A DNA stretch of 64,000 nt from IMG/VR virus record IMGVR_UViG_3300042453_005404, positions 62,001 to 126,000 of that record, one strand, 5' to 3'. Position numbers and translations under genes: made by a program. The notes under the pieces are model-generated. The model did not search any database, was not told the DNA's origin, and worked only from the letters and a program-made list of their open reading frames with translations. This document shows positions 21,650-33,085 of this stretch, one piece after another. How positions within the stretch are numbered: position 1 is the first letter of the stretch; each line of letters opens with the position of its first letter.

Positions 21650-22726
21650 ATGGGATTACTCGATAACAAACAGCGTATCATGGACACTATCATCACAGAT
21701 GAAGGCCGCCGCCAACTTGGTACCGGACGCTTTATTCCTGCCTTTTATTCGTTTAGTGATGCTGGTGCTGTGTATTCAATATCAGACACATATGTTACTG
21801 GAACTGTTCCAGATAGTTCTATAGCAACGCTTTTATCTTTTGAAGCTTTTCCATTGCCACAAGATCAAGTTTCATATGAAGCTGATGACAGTGGTGGATT
21901 AAGAGTGTTTAGCAACAACAACTATTTTAGTTCGTCGCAAGGTGTTGTTCGTGTTATTGGTGGGCAGTTGGTTAGAGGTTGGGAAAGAGGTACACCAGAG
22001 ATTTTATCGAGCTCGGCAACGTTTGCTTCGGTTGCATCAACAGTTTTAGGTGACAACACAAACAACTTTCGTAAGTTGATGATTCTCAAAAGTCCAGACT
22101 TGCTATACACCAACCGTGATGAATTTATTCTCAGCACAAACTCTGCATCTTTTTACATTAACGATAGAACCACGTTGGCTGGTGGTGTAACTGTTGGAAG
22201 TTTGGAAGCAACTGAAGACCTATATTTCGACCGTAGATTGTCACACATCGACAATTTTACGTTTCTTCCTCCTATAAACAAATCAGATGCTCTTTCTGCT
22301 CGCTCTCAACCTATCGGAAACTATGCTGGTGCGGTTAATGGAAACCGTCAAATACTAACATTTGAAGATCTTAAAAACGAGTTTAACAACGTTGTTGTTG
22401 CCAATGGTACAACACAACAACGTGTGCAGTTACAACGTACAACCGTTCGTTTCAGCGAAACTACAATCACCAACAGAATTGTTGGTCAAATGTTCGAAAT
22501 GGCAAACGGCAAAGTGACAAAACTAGACGTTGTTGACTTTGGCGTGTTTGGAGTGCAAAACAACTCGCCGTTACTTCCGTTATTTCCTGATGCAGTGCCG
22601 GTGCCTTTGAATCCTGATCTTGTTACCGCTACAACCAGAATTCATGTTTATTTCATTGGTAAGGTGCTAACAGACTCACAAGGTCACAACAAGTTCATCA
22701 ATATGTTCACTCTTGTCTTCCAATAG
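21650..22726 (+). CDS. Tail/baseplate-associated protein (N-terminus paralogous to 30697)
   Basis: MDTIITDEGRRQLG...F....FSD motif. Confidence 0.55.
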   Translation: MGLLDNKQRIMDTIITDEGRRQLGTGRFIPAFYSFSDAGAVYSISDTYVTGTVPDSSIATLLSFEAFPLPQDQVSYEADDSGGLRVFSNNNYFSSSQGVVRVIGGQLVRGWERGTPEILSSSATFASVASTVLGDNTNNFRKLMILKSPDLLYTNRDEFILSTNSASFYINDRTTLAGGVTVGSLEATEDLYFDRRLSHIDNFTFLPPINKSDALSARSQPIGNYAGAVNGNRQILTFEDLKNEFNNVVVANGTTQQRVQLQRTTVRFSETTITNRIVGQMFEMANGKVTKLDVVDFGVFGVQNNSPLLPLFPDAVPVPLNPDLVTATTRIHVYFIGKVLTDSQGHNKFINMFTLVFQ

Positions 22727-22801
22727 TTTGTAAAACGTTACCTCTACTTGTCTATTCTGATTTGTGCAAAGCACTATATATTGAATAGGTTTTAAAGCAC
22801 A

Positions 22802-25192
22802 GTGGAAGTAAGAATCAACACCGTTCAAGTTATATCCGCAACCGATGATTTTGCTTCTCTTGAAGAAGCAACCTCAACAAAATATGTATATCGATTTAGC
22901 TTGAATGTAAGCAAAACGGCAACAAACAACGCAGCGGCAACAAGGTTGGTAATTCGAGCCTATACCGAAGACCCGAAAAATGCCGTGCAATTGTCTTTGT
23001 TCAATCAAAACACGCAACAAACGCTAAACATCTCAAATCAAAACGCAGCGCAGTTGGTTAGCAGCATTCAAAGACGTGCTTTCGATATCACAACAAACAT
23101 AACAGCCACCAGAAACAATGCGTTGGCAACACAAACATATACACTAAAGGATTTGATTGTTCGTTTCAATCATGGAGTGGGATACACAGTTATAACCAAT
23201 TCTACGAAGCCCGCTGTGAGAAACGAAATATATGTGGCATCAAACACAATCAACCAGCAACCATTGAATGAAGATCGTAGTATTGCGCAACTAAGCAAAG
23301 AACTTCTCCAGCAATATAAAATCGACCCAGCTAATTCAATCAAACGAACATATGCAGAAAACACCGCATATGAAACAAATAACGGCTTGATTGTGAATTA
23401 CTACGAAAGTCAAAACAACACTGAAAAAATGATTGCATCAAACTTGATGACAACAAACAATACACAAACAGCAATAACCGCTAGAGTACAAACGTATAGT
23501 ATCGCAGATCGAGACGTTATAACAATTCATCCAGAATTTACATTCCCAGCAGAAACCATTCAAACACAAGATTTTTATGCAATGTTTTCGTTGTATGATT
23601 TACGAAACAACTTGGTACAAGAATTTGTTAAGTTGGTTAGACACCAAACAAATGTAGCACGCATAAAACGAGTTATAACACCACCTGATTTTACTGTTTC
23701 GAAACTGGGTGGTGGTCAACTAATGTTAACGTTAAAACAAAAAGATCTTAATGCCACAGGAGTCAAGATCTATAAAACAGTTTACAACTCTAGTGTTAAA
23801 ACAAGAAGCAAAATACAAGATGTTGTTGGGAACTATGATTTGCTGGCTGGGGAAACAAAAACAATTGTTATACAAAACACAGACCTTGGTTTGTTGTTGT
23901 TTCGTGCTTTGAGTTACAACGCAAGTTCAGATATTAGCAGTGATTTTACAAGTCAAATTGTTGAAGGCAACGAAAGCGTTGACACCAAAGCCAATGTTTA
24001 TGTCAGCATAAACCATGAATACAATCGCAGAGATGTAAGAATCGTGATAAATGATATACCGGATGACATAGCTTTTTTGCAGCTATATCGTACCAACTTA
24101 TCAATAGATCCATATTCAGAAACGTTGTTAACCACTTTTTTCGTTGGAGGCCAAGGCAGCAATTCAAGCTATGCATATATAGAAAACGTTTTAGACCAAA
24201 ACAAATCTTACCGTTATCGTTGTGCTTTAACGGATATCAAAGGTCAACGATATGAAGCTTCTGGAATGATCGAGTTTGTGTATATACCACAAGCACAAGA
24301 TTATGCAGCAATCACTGTGTCGTCACCAACCATTACACCCGTACAGTTACCGGGCAGCAGCACGCAATATTTCGATGTTAGCTTTAACGTCAGTTATGCT
24401 ATAACCAATCGTTTAGAAGACAACTTAAGACAACTTCTTACCAACCAAAATTTAATTTCGTTTTATGGCAACGATATTAGCCCAGAACGCTTAAGAGATT
24501 TGCTTGTAACAAAAGTTGAGTTACGTGATTTAGAAACCAATGACAAACTGCTCATGGGTTATACTGATGGCAACTACGTTCAAAGCTTAACAAGATATGG
24601 ATTGTTGAGTCGTAGCTCAAGATACACATATGAATTAACGACATATGTAAGAAAACCAGCAACGTTGTTAGAAGCAACAGTTCTAAATAAAGTTTCTACA
24701 CCAAGAAACAATGGCGATCAATCTCCACCAACATATTCTTATAAGCCTTACAACGTTAATAACCCATACGGTTTACTTACAGGAACCAATCCACAAAAAA
24801 ATGGTAACGAATTCGTAGCACAATATGGATTCGATCAATTTGAGTTTTCTGAAATCACTGGCATCAATTATGTCAACGTTGATCTTAAACCACCAATAGC
24901 AAGAATCAACGGATTAAAAGCAAACGTTTTCAACAGTAAAAACGTAGACTTAACTTGGAGTGTTAACGGAGATCAATCAAACATAAGTCATTTCATTATT
25001 CGTAGGCAAAACGTTGCAACCGGCAAGTTAGACTTGATTGGAAAGGCACACGGCATCAACACTCAAAACAAATATGTTTTTACGGACAACGTTCGTTACA
25101 CAGATTCTGGGGTGTATGCGTACATTGTTACAATGCAATTTTTCAACTTTAATTTAAGTCCAAATTACACCAGCAATGAGGTGATACTGTAA
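22802..25192 (+). CDS. Large virion protein with Ig/FN3-like domains
   Basis: GTG start; LTWSV...FIIRR...YVFTD...Y.Y.V FN3-like pattern. Confidence 0.5.
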   Translation: MEVRINTVQVISATDDFASLEEATSTKYVYRFSLNVSKTATNNAAATRLVIRAYTEDPKNAVQLSLFNQNTQQTLNISNQNAAQLVSSIQRRAFDITTNITATRNNALATQTYTLKDLIVRFNHGVGYTVITNSTKPAVRNEIYVASNTINQQPLNEDRSIAQLSKELLQQYKIDPANSIKRTYAENTAYETNNGLIVNYYESQNNTEKMIASNLMTTNNTQTAITARVQTYSIADRDVITIHPEFTFPAETIQTQDFYAMFSLYDLRNNLVQEFVKLVRHQTNVARIKRVITPPDFTVSKLGGGQLMLTLKQKDLNATGVKIYKTVYNSSVKTRSKIQDVVGNYDLLAGETKTIVIQNTDLGLLLFRALSYNASSDISSDFTSQIVEGNESVDTKANVYVSINHEYNRRDVRIVINDIPDDIAFLQLYRTNLSIDPYSETLLTTFFVGGQGSNSSYAYIENVLDQNKSYRYRCALTDIKGQRYEASGMIEFVYIPQAQDYAAITVSSPTITPVQLPGSSTQYFDVSFNVSYAITNRLEDNLRQLLTNQNLISFYGNDISPERLRDLLVTKVELRDLETNDKLLMGYTDGNYVQSLTRYGLLSRSSRYTYELTTYVRKPATLLEATVLNKVSTPRNNGDQSPPTYSYKPYNVNNPYGLLTGTNPQKNGNEFVAQYGFDQFEFSEITGINYVNVDLKPPIARINGLKANVFNSKNVDLTWSVNGDQSNISHFIIRRQNVATGKLDLIGKAHGINTQNKYVFTDNVRYTDSGVYAYIVTMQFFNFNLSPNYTSNEVIL

Positions 25193-25193
25193 C

Positions 25194-28100
25194 ATGGTAG
25201 CCACAAGAAACGGAAATCCGATAAGAACAGGTGGTGTGTCAATACAACCTGCATATACACCAATACTTGTTCCTTTCGCAGCCACAACAACAACAGACAC
25301 ACCACAAATGGCAACAGCTCCAATACAGTTTGCAGCAAGTGTGGTACCATCTTCGCTAACAAGCGCACCAATAATATCTGTTCCAATTGGTCCATCTCCG
25401 ATTGCTAGCACCATATCAACTGCTAACGTTCCGTTGCCTATGATGTCTATTGGCACAACAACTATAACTCCTACAGTTAGAGCCGTAGGCGAAGGTGCTC
25501 CAAATCCCAGTTCCAGACAAGCAACAGTGCTCGATCCTATTATAGTTTTAACTGGAGAAGCAGAACCTTTTGTTGCTCCACCCATCGCATTTACACTAAG
25601 AGCTAGTCCTGTTAGGTTGCTATCTCAAAACGGCTTGACTGAAGAAACGTTGTCATTAGATACACACACCATTGTTAATGGTCAGCCAGTTTTGGATGTA
25701 TCAAGTCTTCGTGGTGACATTATTTCGCTACTTGATTATAAGCCAATTTACACTCCATCTGCTGTTGTACCAAATTTTCAATTATATTTTGACCATTTAT
25801 ATCAAACTAGCTTGGTAAGAGACACGCTTCGAAAATATTTGCTTCTCAACCGCACAATAACAAATCCACAATTAAACTCTGTGTTGGGTTCAATATCAAC
25901 AAGAATCAACAACGATATCAACAATTCAAGAACAACACTTCGAACGCTGGATGACTTAATACGAAAAATCAGGACCATCAACAACGTATTGAGTTTGAAA
26001 AGCACCATGAACACGTCAGATGCTTTATATACACCTTTTATCGGACTTAGAAATTTTGTAACGCAACGTATGTTGTTTTCTGAACAATCTTACGATTTAT
26101 TTGCTGATACAAAAATATTGTATCAGCTTTTGTTTGATCTTGGTGGTGTTTTAGAAAAATGTTCGTTTAATCTTTTATCTGACTTCACAGATGCCGCTCG
26201 ATCTGCTTACGTAAGCTCACCAATTGATGCCAGACAACAAAACGTACAAGATTCGATAACAATCGACTTAACTTATGGGGATAACCTTGCATATACGCCA
26301 GCAGCGATTCGAAGCAAATACGTTAAAGACTATATCACATTTAACGGTATCCTAAACGTATTACCAGCCAGCAGCACTGATAGGTTTAAATTTTTGGTCA
26401 ATTTACTATCAAAAGAATTCAGAGTATCAAAAGGATTAGGCAAATATCAGCTAACAGAAGAAAAAACGTTTTTTGGTTTTGGATCTCAAGGAAATCCTTT
26501 TGACAATGTTATCGGGGGAATTCCTTCAGATATTTTCATTGCTCCTCTTGGCAACAACAGTTTGTCTACCTTGTTTTATCTTAAAACAAGCACACAAAAT
26601 GCTGTTGTTTTACCTTTCGAAAGTCGGCAAGTAATGGGCGACGGTGAAACAGTATTTGTGCCGGGAACAAACTATTTTTCTGACGGTATATTGAACGGTG
26701 ACCTTTCTGCGTTTAACAGCTATCGAGAAACGTTTTCTGAACGAGTGACAAAAGCAATCAACGTTTTCAACAGTTTGTTATTGCATCAAGATGCTGAAGA
26801 TAGTACTTCTAGAACTTTAAAGCCCGAAGAAATGCTTAAGTCCATATTGCAATATTACGCTACATCGCAAGATCTTATACGTAGCGTCAATAATGATCCA
26901 ACAAACACATTAAGTTTTGTATTGTTTTCTTTGGGAAACTCCAACCCAACGATAAAATTTGAAGTATACAAGTTGTTGCTTTTGATTGCTTTGTATGATA
27001 CACGTTCCACTGTAACAATAGATTTTCCTCAAACAGACAAATTTCGATCTTTGTTGTTGGGCGAGCTAACACAACAAAGAATACAAGGTTTTTCCGAACT
27101 TTTAACCGAAAACAACATTCCCGATCTTTTAAACAATCAAATCTTGGTAATAAAACAACTGATTCTTGCAAACGTAGCGCCGTTTCCGCCAGAAAGTGCG
27201 ATCAATAGTAACATAAACAACAACGCAGCATTGGTTCAAATACAACAACTTTCCAACTTGATTTACACGTTACGTGGCAAAGACAACTTGTTTAAAAACG
27301 TATTAGATATGTGCTCGCAAATGTTTGCCGCAGCAAGCAGCAATGAAATAACATATCATTTATTGAACGGTACATCAGCAACACGATATAATGGTTTAAC
27401 TTTATCTGGCTTTATTTTGCTGGTGTTTGAAATATTTTCAAGTCTTGTGGAACAGTTTGCAGCAAATAAAATAACCTATGGATTAGTTGATAGCGATCAA
27501 GATCCAACAAAAGCTACCACACGGTACGTTCAAGTCAACTTTATTAGAAATGCATTGTCACGATTGTCAACAGATATAAACAACTTTTTGAGTGGGCAAA
27601 CATACGACAACAACATTATTGCGGACTATGAAAGCAAATTGCAGCAAGAAGATCAAATCATAGCTAATATCTTGAAATATTTCGAGATTCTAAACAATCG
27701 CATGACTGGCATCAGCAACATATCAGAAGAACAAGCAAGATTGCTAAGAGAGATCAACACAAACAATCCAAACTCATTAAGCAACACACGCACAGCAAAA
27801 AGTATACTTCGAAGCATTGTTGACAAAAAAGCTGTATACAACCCAAACAATGTCCAAGGTTTAGATTTCTATTTACCTGCTGGCAAAGTTGTAAGCGACA
27901 AAAACTGGAAAGCAATAAAAATAGCATTAAGACAATATCCAGCTTTTACTAGTACTGGATTGGACGCAGAAACAAAAGTCAAAATTGTTACGGTGGGTAT
28001 ACCACATGGCTTTGTTGAATCTGCGTTAGGTGCCCGGTTGAACAAGAATGCAGTAAACAGCGGTCAACTTGAAGAAGCAACCAGCGATTTGATCAACATC

Positions 28101-28871
28101 AAGCTTTACAAGCTTGATAGAAACAACGATGGAATCATTTATAAGCCTCAACAGTTTAAGTTCGACTTGTCTTTGTTTGCAAAAGGTTTTGATGCATATT
28201 CATTGCAACAGCTAGAAAATGAAGATTATTACACACTCAGAGACATGTTTGAGTTCTACGATTTTGATGAGGATCAAAGTTATAACTCTGTCAGAGCATC
28301 AACTAGAAACAACTTCATTACAAACGATTCTTACTACAACCGTTCAGAGGAACGAAGAAACTTGGGCTTAGAAGTTACTGAAAATTTATTTCGTAGCTTT
28401 GTGTTGGATATGTATCTTCACATCACCACTGGGTTGAATACCAGTGAAGAAACGTTTATATCGTATACAGAAGCCGAAACTACACAGTTTATAACAGAAA
28501 TGCAAAAAATTCAACTTGGAACAGCTGATTTGACAAAAGTCAAGTTCATGACACCAGAATATCGTGATCTGTTGGCGGCTTTTCAAGATGATCGTGACTA
28601 TTCCAAACTGATGTTGACTCTTTGCAATGACATTACCAAAACTGTATTTCGTCAAAAAGACTATGATCGTGTTTTCAACATAATGTACGGAACAGATAAA
28701 TTTCCCATAGATGTTAATGCAATGAGTCAAAAAAGAGAAACAAATGCATTGTTGCAAACGTTAGCTAACACCAATCAACTTTATACCGATAACAACGAAA
28801 CTTACAAAATAGCAGAGGATAACAGTTTGTTGCTTGATTCATATTTTATAAACGTGGAGATTGTGAGATAA
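25194..28871 (+). CDS. Large hypothetical virion protein (1225 aa)
   Basis: P/T/A-rich N-terminus, helical body; operon context. Confidence 0.55.
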   Translation: MVATRNGNPIRTGGVSIQPAYTPILVPFAATTTTDTPQMATAPIQFAASVVPSSLTSAPIISVPIGPSPIASTISTANVPLPMMSIGTTTITPTVRAVGEGAPNPSSRQATVLDPIIVLTGEAEPFVAPPIAFTLRASPVRLLSQNGLTEETLSLDTHTIVNGQPVLDVSSLRGDIISLLDYKPIYTPSAVVPNFQLYFDHLYQTSLVRDTLRKYLLLNRTITNPQLNSVLGSISTRINNDINNSRTTLRTLDDLIRKIRTINNVLSLKSTMNTSDALYTPFIGLRNFVTQRMLFSEQSYDLFADTKILYQLLFDLGGVLEKCSFNLLSDFTDAARSAYVSSPIDARQQNVQDSITIDLTYGDNLAYTPAAIRSKYVKDYITFNGILNVLPASSTDRFKFLVNLLSKEFRVSKGLGKYQLTEEKTFFGFGSQGNPFDNVIGGIPSDIFIAPLGNNSLSTLFYLKTSTQNAVVLPFESRQVMGDGETVFVPGTNYFSDGILNGDLSAFNSYRETFSERVTKAINVFNSLLLHQDAEDSTSRTLKPEEMLKSILQYYATSQDLIRSVNNDPTNTLSFVLFSLGNSNPTIKFEVYKLLLLIALYDTRSTVTIDFPQTDKFRSLLLGELTQQRIQGFSELLTENNIPDLLNNQILVIKQLILANVAPFPPESAINSNINNNAALVQIQQLSNLIYTLRGKDNLFKNVLDMCSQMFAAASSNEITYHLLNGTSATRYNGLTLSGFILLVFEIFSSLVEQFAANKITYGLVDSDQDPTKATTRYVQVNFIRNALSRLSTDINNFLSGQTYDNNIIADYESKLQQEDQIIANILKYFEILNNRMTGISNISEEQARLLREINTNNPNSLSNTRTAKSILRSIVDKKAVYNPNNVQGLDFYLPAGKVVSDKNWKAIKIALRQYPAFTSTGLDAETKVKIVTVGIPHGFVESALGARLNKNAVNSGQLEEATSDLINIKLYKLDRNNDGIIYKPQQFKFDLSLFAKGFDAYSLQQLENEDYYTLRDMFEFYDFDEDQSYNSVRASTRNNFITNDSYYNRSEERRNLGLEVTENLFRSFVLDMYLHITTGLNTSEETFISYTEAETTQFITEMQKIQLGTADLTKVKFMTPEYRDLLAAFQDDRDYSKLMLTLCNDITKTVFRQKDYDRVFNIMYGTDKFPIDVNAMSQKRETNALLQTLANTNQLYTDNNETYKIAEDNSLLLDSYFINVEIVR

Positions 28872-30661
28872 TGACAGTAACAATAGGCGAATCTTTACCT
28901 TCTTTACCGGTAACCGTTGCAGACGTACCAGAGATTACAACGTTTGAAGCAACGTTTTTCTATAATTTTTATCGACCGGATGAACTTATCAATTCAAGCG
29001 TGGCAACTGCTGCTCAACCAAACACTGTTGATTTTTCTAGAAACGTTCCTCGTTATGTTCGTCTTTCATGGAACAAAGTAAACGTTACCTCGGGTGATGT
29101 TAGCAGGCAAGAATTTGTCAACATATCGATTGCTGCAAATGCAGACAAGATTCTAAATGAAGACGATTTGTCTCTAGCTTACTTTGATACGTTCAACCAA
29201 CAAGAATCAAGCTTTAAAACTCAGCAACAATTGTACTTAAGCCGTTTGCTTGCGCAAATCAACTACAATCGTGTTGATATAGGACTAACAGATGCAATAA
29301 GAGCATTGCATGAAACAACAAGCGAAAACGTTACTCAAGAATATCTTAATTCCAATTTAAATTATGCCAGAGCCAGAACACCACCGGATGGTGAAAACAC
29401 AACCATCATGCCTGTATCAAACAAAGTTTTTGGTACTTTGTTTCATGAAAAACTTGTAAACGATTCCATGATTGGTATCACACCAAATATGGTTAGCGGC
29501 CTCGATAATTTGTTTGCAACACAACATTCAATCAAAGCATACGCAAACAGATTAAATGGCTCGCAATATGATCTTTCGTTAGAAAATCCAATAACAACAA
29601 CAGTTAGTGAATTGCAAACTGATTTTGGTTTAGTCTTTCAATCAACTGGATATGTTATTGATCGATATCGCAGACTCAGCAGCGGAGAACTTGTAGAACG
29701 AACAACATTTTATGTCGAAAACCCAGATACCACAGAGTTTTTTGACACAAAAGTACTTTATAATCAACGTTATGTGTATGACATAAAATCGATTACAGCT
29801 TTGCAAACATTAACTTTTGATCCAAATCTTCGTGTTAATGTTATATCAACGTTTTTGGTGGGCGGTAAGTTCAGAAGAACTTATGTGCTTTGTGAAGACA
29901 CTACACCACCCGAGCCTCCAACCGACTTTTTCATTCGCTGGGATTACGGTTTAAAGAAGCCTGTTCTTACATGGAACTTTCCCATAGACACAAGAAGGCA
30001 CATTAAATATTTTCAAGTGTTTAGACGAAAAAATGTTGGTGATGTTAGGCCAGCGCAACTTCCATTCGAACTTGTAAGAATGTACGATTTCAACGATTTA
30101 CAAAATGCGTTTGGAACATATTTTGTTTCTCCAGCGCCGGGAAGCTCAGGTTTGTTTCAATTCATACGAGGCGAAGCAAATATCGATGCAAACGTTGTTA
30201 TAAACCAATCAACAATAACAAGCTTGGATGTTTTTTCTCCAACATGTTACATTGACGAAGATTTCGATAAAAACACTTATTACATATACGCTGTTGCTTG
30301 CGTTGATGCACATGGAATAACAAGCAACTATAGCAATCAAATTGGCATAAAGTTTGATAAGCAACGCAACACAATTGATCGAATGGATGTATCAGCACCA
30401 AACGCACCAAAGCCTTACCCAAACCTGTATTTGAACAAAGATGCATTTGTTGACACAATAAAAAACGAAGGTTATTCTCAAATGACTGTTGTGTTTAACC
30501 CAGAATACTATGAACTAACTCCCCGAGCGAACGGTGGCGGAGACATGAGAATTCTAAACTTTGGACCTCAAAACAAATATCGAATTCAATTGATCAACAC
30601 AGACTTACAAACCGATCAATTTGTTGATATAACAGTTACGGATGACAGAAATCCGGTTTGA
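28871..30661 (+). CDS. Virion protein with FN3-like domain
   Basis: PPEPPTDF...LTW...YFQVFRR...YIYAVACVD.HG.TSNYS. Confidence 0.55.
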   Translation: MTVTIGESLPSLPVTVADVPEITTFEATFFYNFYRPDELINSSVATAAQPNTVDFSRNVPRYVRLSWNKVNVTSGDVSRQEFVNISIAANADKILNEDDLSLAYFDTFNQQESSFKTQQQLYLSRLLAQINYNRVDIGLTDAIRALHETTSENVTQEYLNSNLNYARARTPPDGENTTIMPVSNKVFGTLFHEKLVNDSMIGITPNMVSGLDNLFATQHSIKAYANRLNGSQYDLSLENPITTTVSELQTDFGLVFQSTGYVIDRYRRLSSGELVERTTFYVENPDTTEFFDTKVLYNQRYVYDIKSITALQTLTFDPNLRVNVISTFLVGGKFRRTYVLCEDTTPPEPPTDFFIRWDYGLKKPVLTWNFPIDTRRHIKYFQVFRRKNVGDVRPAQLPFELVRMYDFNDLQNAFGTYFVSPAPGSSGLFQFIRGEANIDANVVINQSTITSLDVFSPTCYIDEDFDKNTYYIYAVACVDAHGITSNYSNQIGIKFDKQRNTIDRMDVSAPNAPKPYPNLYLNKDAFVDTIKNEGYSQMTVVFNPEYYELTPRANGGGDMRILNFGPQNKYRIQLINTDLQTDQFVDITVTDDRNPV

Positions 30662-30696
30662 ACCATAACTACTAGTATACGAAAAGGAACTAAACA

Positions 30697-31407
30697 ATGG
30701 GTTTTTTGCAACAAGATACCAACAACATTATCGTGGATGCCGTTCTTACGGATGTAGGGCGTCAAAAGCTAGCTGCTGGCACATTCAATGTTATCAAGTT
30801 TGCTGCTGGTGATGATGAAGTAGACTACGGAATGATTGTTCGCTACGGTAGAACTGTAGGTCAAGAAAAGATCGAAAAGAACACACCAGTTTTTGAAGCA
30901 ATAACCAATAACAAACTAGCTTTGGTGCATCCTTTGGTGTCATTGCCTGATCCAAACCGTTACACGATGCCTCTTTTTACACTTTCTGCAACAGCCGGTT
31001 TAACTGACAATACTTTGGCTCTTGGTGTTAACAGCACAACCAGCACCGCTCCTCAACAACAAAACGTTACTGTTCAACAAACTCTTACAGGAGGAGAAAC
31101 AGTTCCACAAGAACTGGTAGATAATCAGTTTTTGGTTGTGTGCGACGATAGATTCTTGTTTATTGCAGGAAGCACTCCTGTTATTGATCGTAACCGTATG
31201 GCAACATATATTCTTACAAGAAACAGCACACCAAGTTCTCAAGGTGGAGCAAGCGTAAGCATTCCAATCACCGCAAAAGCTATTACAAATGCTCAGTTTC
31301 TCATATATGGACAACCCAGCAACAAAAACAATATCAGAACAGTTGTAAGAGTAACAGGTATGAGCAGCGGTGCCGTAAAAGAGTTTGTTGCTTCTATTAC
31401 CAAGTGA
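30697..31407 (+). CDS. Tail/baseplate-associated protein
   Basis: VDAVLTDVGRQKLA.G.F....FAAGDDEVDY; AAAAGGA RBS. Confidence 0.6.
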   Translation: MGFLQQDTNNIIVDAVLTDVGRQKLAAGTFNVIKFAAGDDEVDYGMIVRYGRTVGQEKIEKNTPVFEAITNNKLALVHPLVSLPDPNRYTMPLFTLSATAGLTDNTLALGVNSTTSTAPQQQNVTVQQTLTGGETVPQELVDNQFLVVCDDRFLFIAGSTPVIDRNRMATYILTRNSTPSSQGGASVSIPITAKAITNAQFLIYGQPSNKNNIRTVVRVTGMSSGAVKEFVASITK

Positions 31408-31427
31408 AATAAAAGGATCATACCAAA

Positions 31428-32675
31428 ATGGCTACATTTGAATTTTTCAATGCTCAAACAGATAAAAAAACTCAAGGTGATGTACTTGAACAACTTATCG
31501 ATGTTATCGGTAACGATGTGTCATCTTCCGTAACAAGAAGAAAATATCAAGTTTGGGTAACAGGTTCTGGAACTGGTCCCGGTGTTACGTCTTCTCTTTT
31601 CCAAACGATATTCGACCAAGATTATACCCTTCAAACTGCAAACCCCGTATTCGATGCAACAATCGGTTTGCACACAAGCTCACTTCTTGTGCAAACAATA
31701 ACAACATCATACGACGCAATAAACGATCAATATTACTTTCCAAGCACATCTTTGATGATGCGTGAAAAAATCGATATATATCGTACCTTTGCCCAACAAC
31801 TTCTTGGTAACGACACAAAACCTTTTACATTTATTTCTGGAAGCTTTAACGGAACATCTGTTGTTGGCTCTTCAATCAAAGAAGCTTTGTTCTTTTCGTT
31901 TAAACGTTTGTTTTCAAGAGATCAACTTAAAAACGATACGTATGCTCTTAGAATGTTTTATAGCGGATCAGCCATTTCTCCAACTCCTAGCGATTTGTCT
32001 TCAAGCGGTACAGCAGAAAATATTTATACCGATCTTGGTTCGTCAACAAACCGAGTGCAATTGCCCGGTGGCTTTGTTGGAACTCTTGTTGACACAGCAA
32101 CAACAAATGCAGTTGGACTTATTTGGCACGATCAAGGCATTATCGTGTTGGACGCCAGCAAGGTTTTTGACCCAACTCAAACAATCACAGGTTCCATTCA
32201 AAGCGTTACAACATTAACCGAACCGTTTAATGGTTCTCTTTTATACAGCGGTACAGGTGCCGTTAATGCATTGTTTGCTAGCGCATCCATTGATGATGTT
32301 CTAGACTATGTTTGTTCCACTCGTTTCACTGGATCAGATGCAACAGTGATGGCTTTCCAAAACCAAACAAACATCAACTCCAGTGTGTACTTCTGTAAGT
32401 TCTCTGCTGATAGATTCAACTACTCCAGCAATCCAACTTACACAGACAATGATGGACGTATTGTTGTAATAGATGCAGGCCAAGAAGACATTCAACGCAG
32501 CTTTGCATTCATCACAAGCATTGGTTTGTATGATGCTGACAACAATCTTTTGGCTGTAGCAAAAACCTCACGGCCTATTTTGAAAAATTTTCAGAGAGAA
32601 TATACTGTAAAGGTACGTTTGGACTACGCTCGTAAGAAAAACATTCGTTTTTGTTCGAAAAAATCGTCAAAATAG
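31428..32675 (+). CDS. Tail-associated protein (C-terminal domain paralogous to 33086)
   Basis: FNYSSNPT...ITSIGLYD..NNLLAVAK.SRP..K...VKVRLDY, resembling the tail-fibre/baseplate-joining motif. Confidence 0.6.
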   Translation: MATFEFFNAQTDKKTQGDVLEQLIDVIGNDVSSSVTRRKYQVWVTGSGTGPGVTSSLFQTIFDQDYTLQTANPVFDATIGLHTSSLLVQTITTSYDAINDQYYFPSTSLMMREKIDIYRTFAQQLLGNDTKPFTFISGSFNGTSVVGSSIKEALFFSFKRLFSRDQLKNDTYALRMFYSGSAISPTPSDLSSSGTAENIYTDLGSSTNRVQLPGGFVGTLVDTATTNAVGLIWHDQGIIVLDASKVFDPTQTITGSIQSVTTLTEPFNGSLLYSGTGAVNALFASASIDDVLDYVCSTRFTGSDATVMAFQNQTNINSSVYFCKFSADRFNYSSNPTYTDNDGRIVVIDAGQEDIQRSFAFITSIGLYDADNNLLAVAKTSRPILKNFQREYTVKVRLDYARKKNIRFCSKKSSK

Positions 32676-32739
32676 CCATTTTTACAACAGCAAATCATTG
32701 TATATCCTCAATGGTATTTGCCATTGAGGGATATATTTT

Positions 32740-33078
32740 ATGATTCTAAAAGTTGGCAATCGACGTTATAATATTGAGCAATGGTCTGATCAACAGATTG
32801 AAGAACTTACTGGAAAAGAAGCCAGTGAAGTTTGTGGGTTTACGGACTACTATCAAGGGAAGATCGTTATCAATAGTTGTATGGCAAAGGACGTTAGAGA
32901 AGAAACATTAATGCATGAGATATTGCATACTTTGCTGGATAACTCTGGGATAGAGGAAGTGTCGAGACAAGTTAAGGAAGGTGCAAACCTTTCTGAGTTA
33001 GTCGCTACCATTCTTGCTCCTAGATTACATTCGCTGATAAAAGAAAACAAAATGGAATACTTAGTTGAAAGTATTTAG
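32740..33078 (+). CDS. HEXXH zinc metallopeptidase-like protein
   Basis: CGFTD...KIVIN...EETLMHEILH. Confidence 0.7.
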   Translation: MILKVGNRRYNIEQWSDQQIEELTGKEASEVCGFTDYYQGKIVINSCMAKDVREETLMHEILHTLLDNSGIEEVSRQVKEGANLSELVATILAPRLHSLIKENKMEYLVESI

Positions 33079-33085
33079 GTAATGT

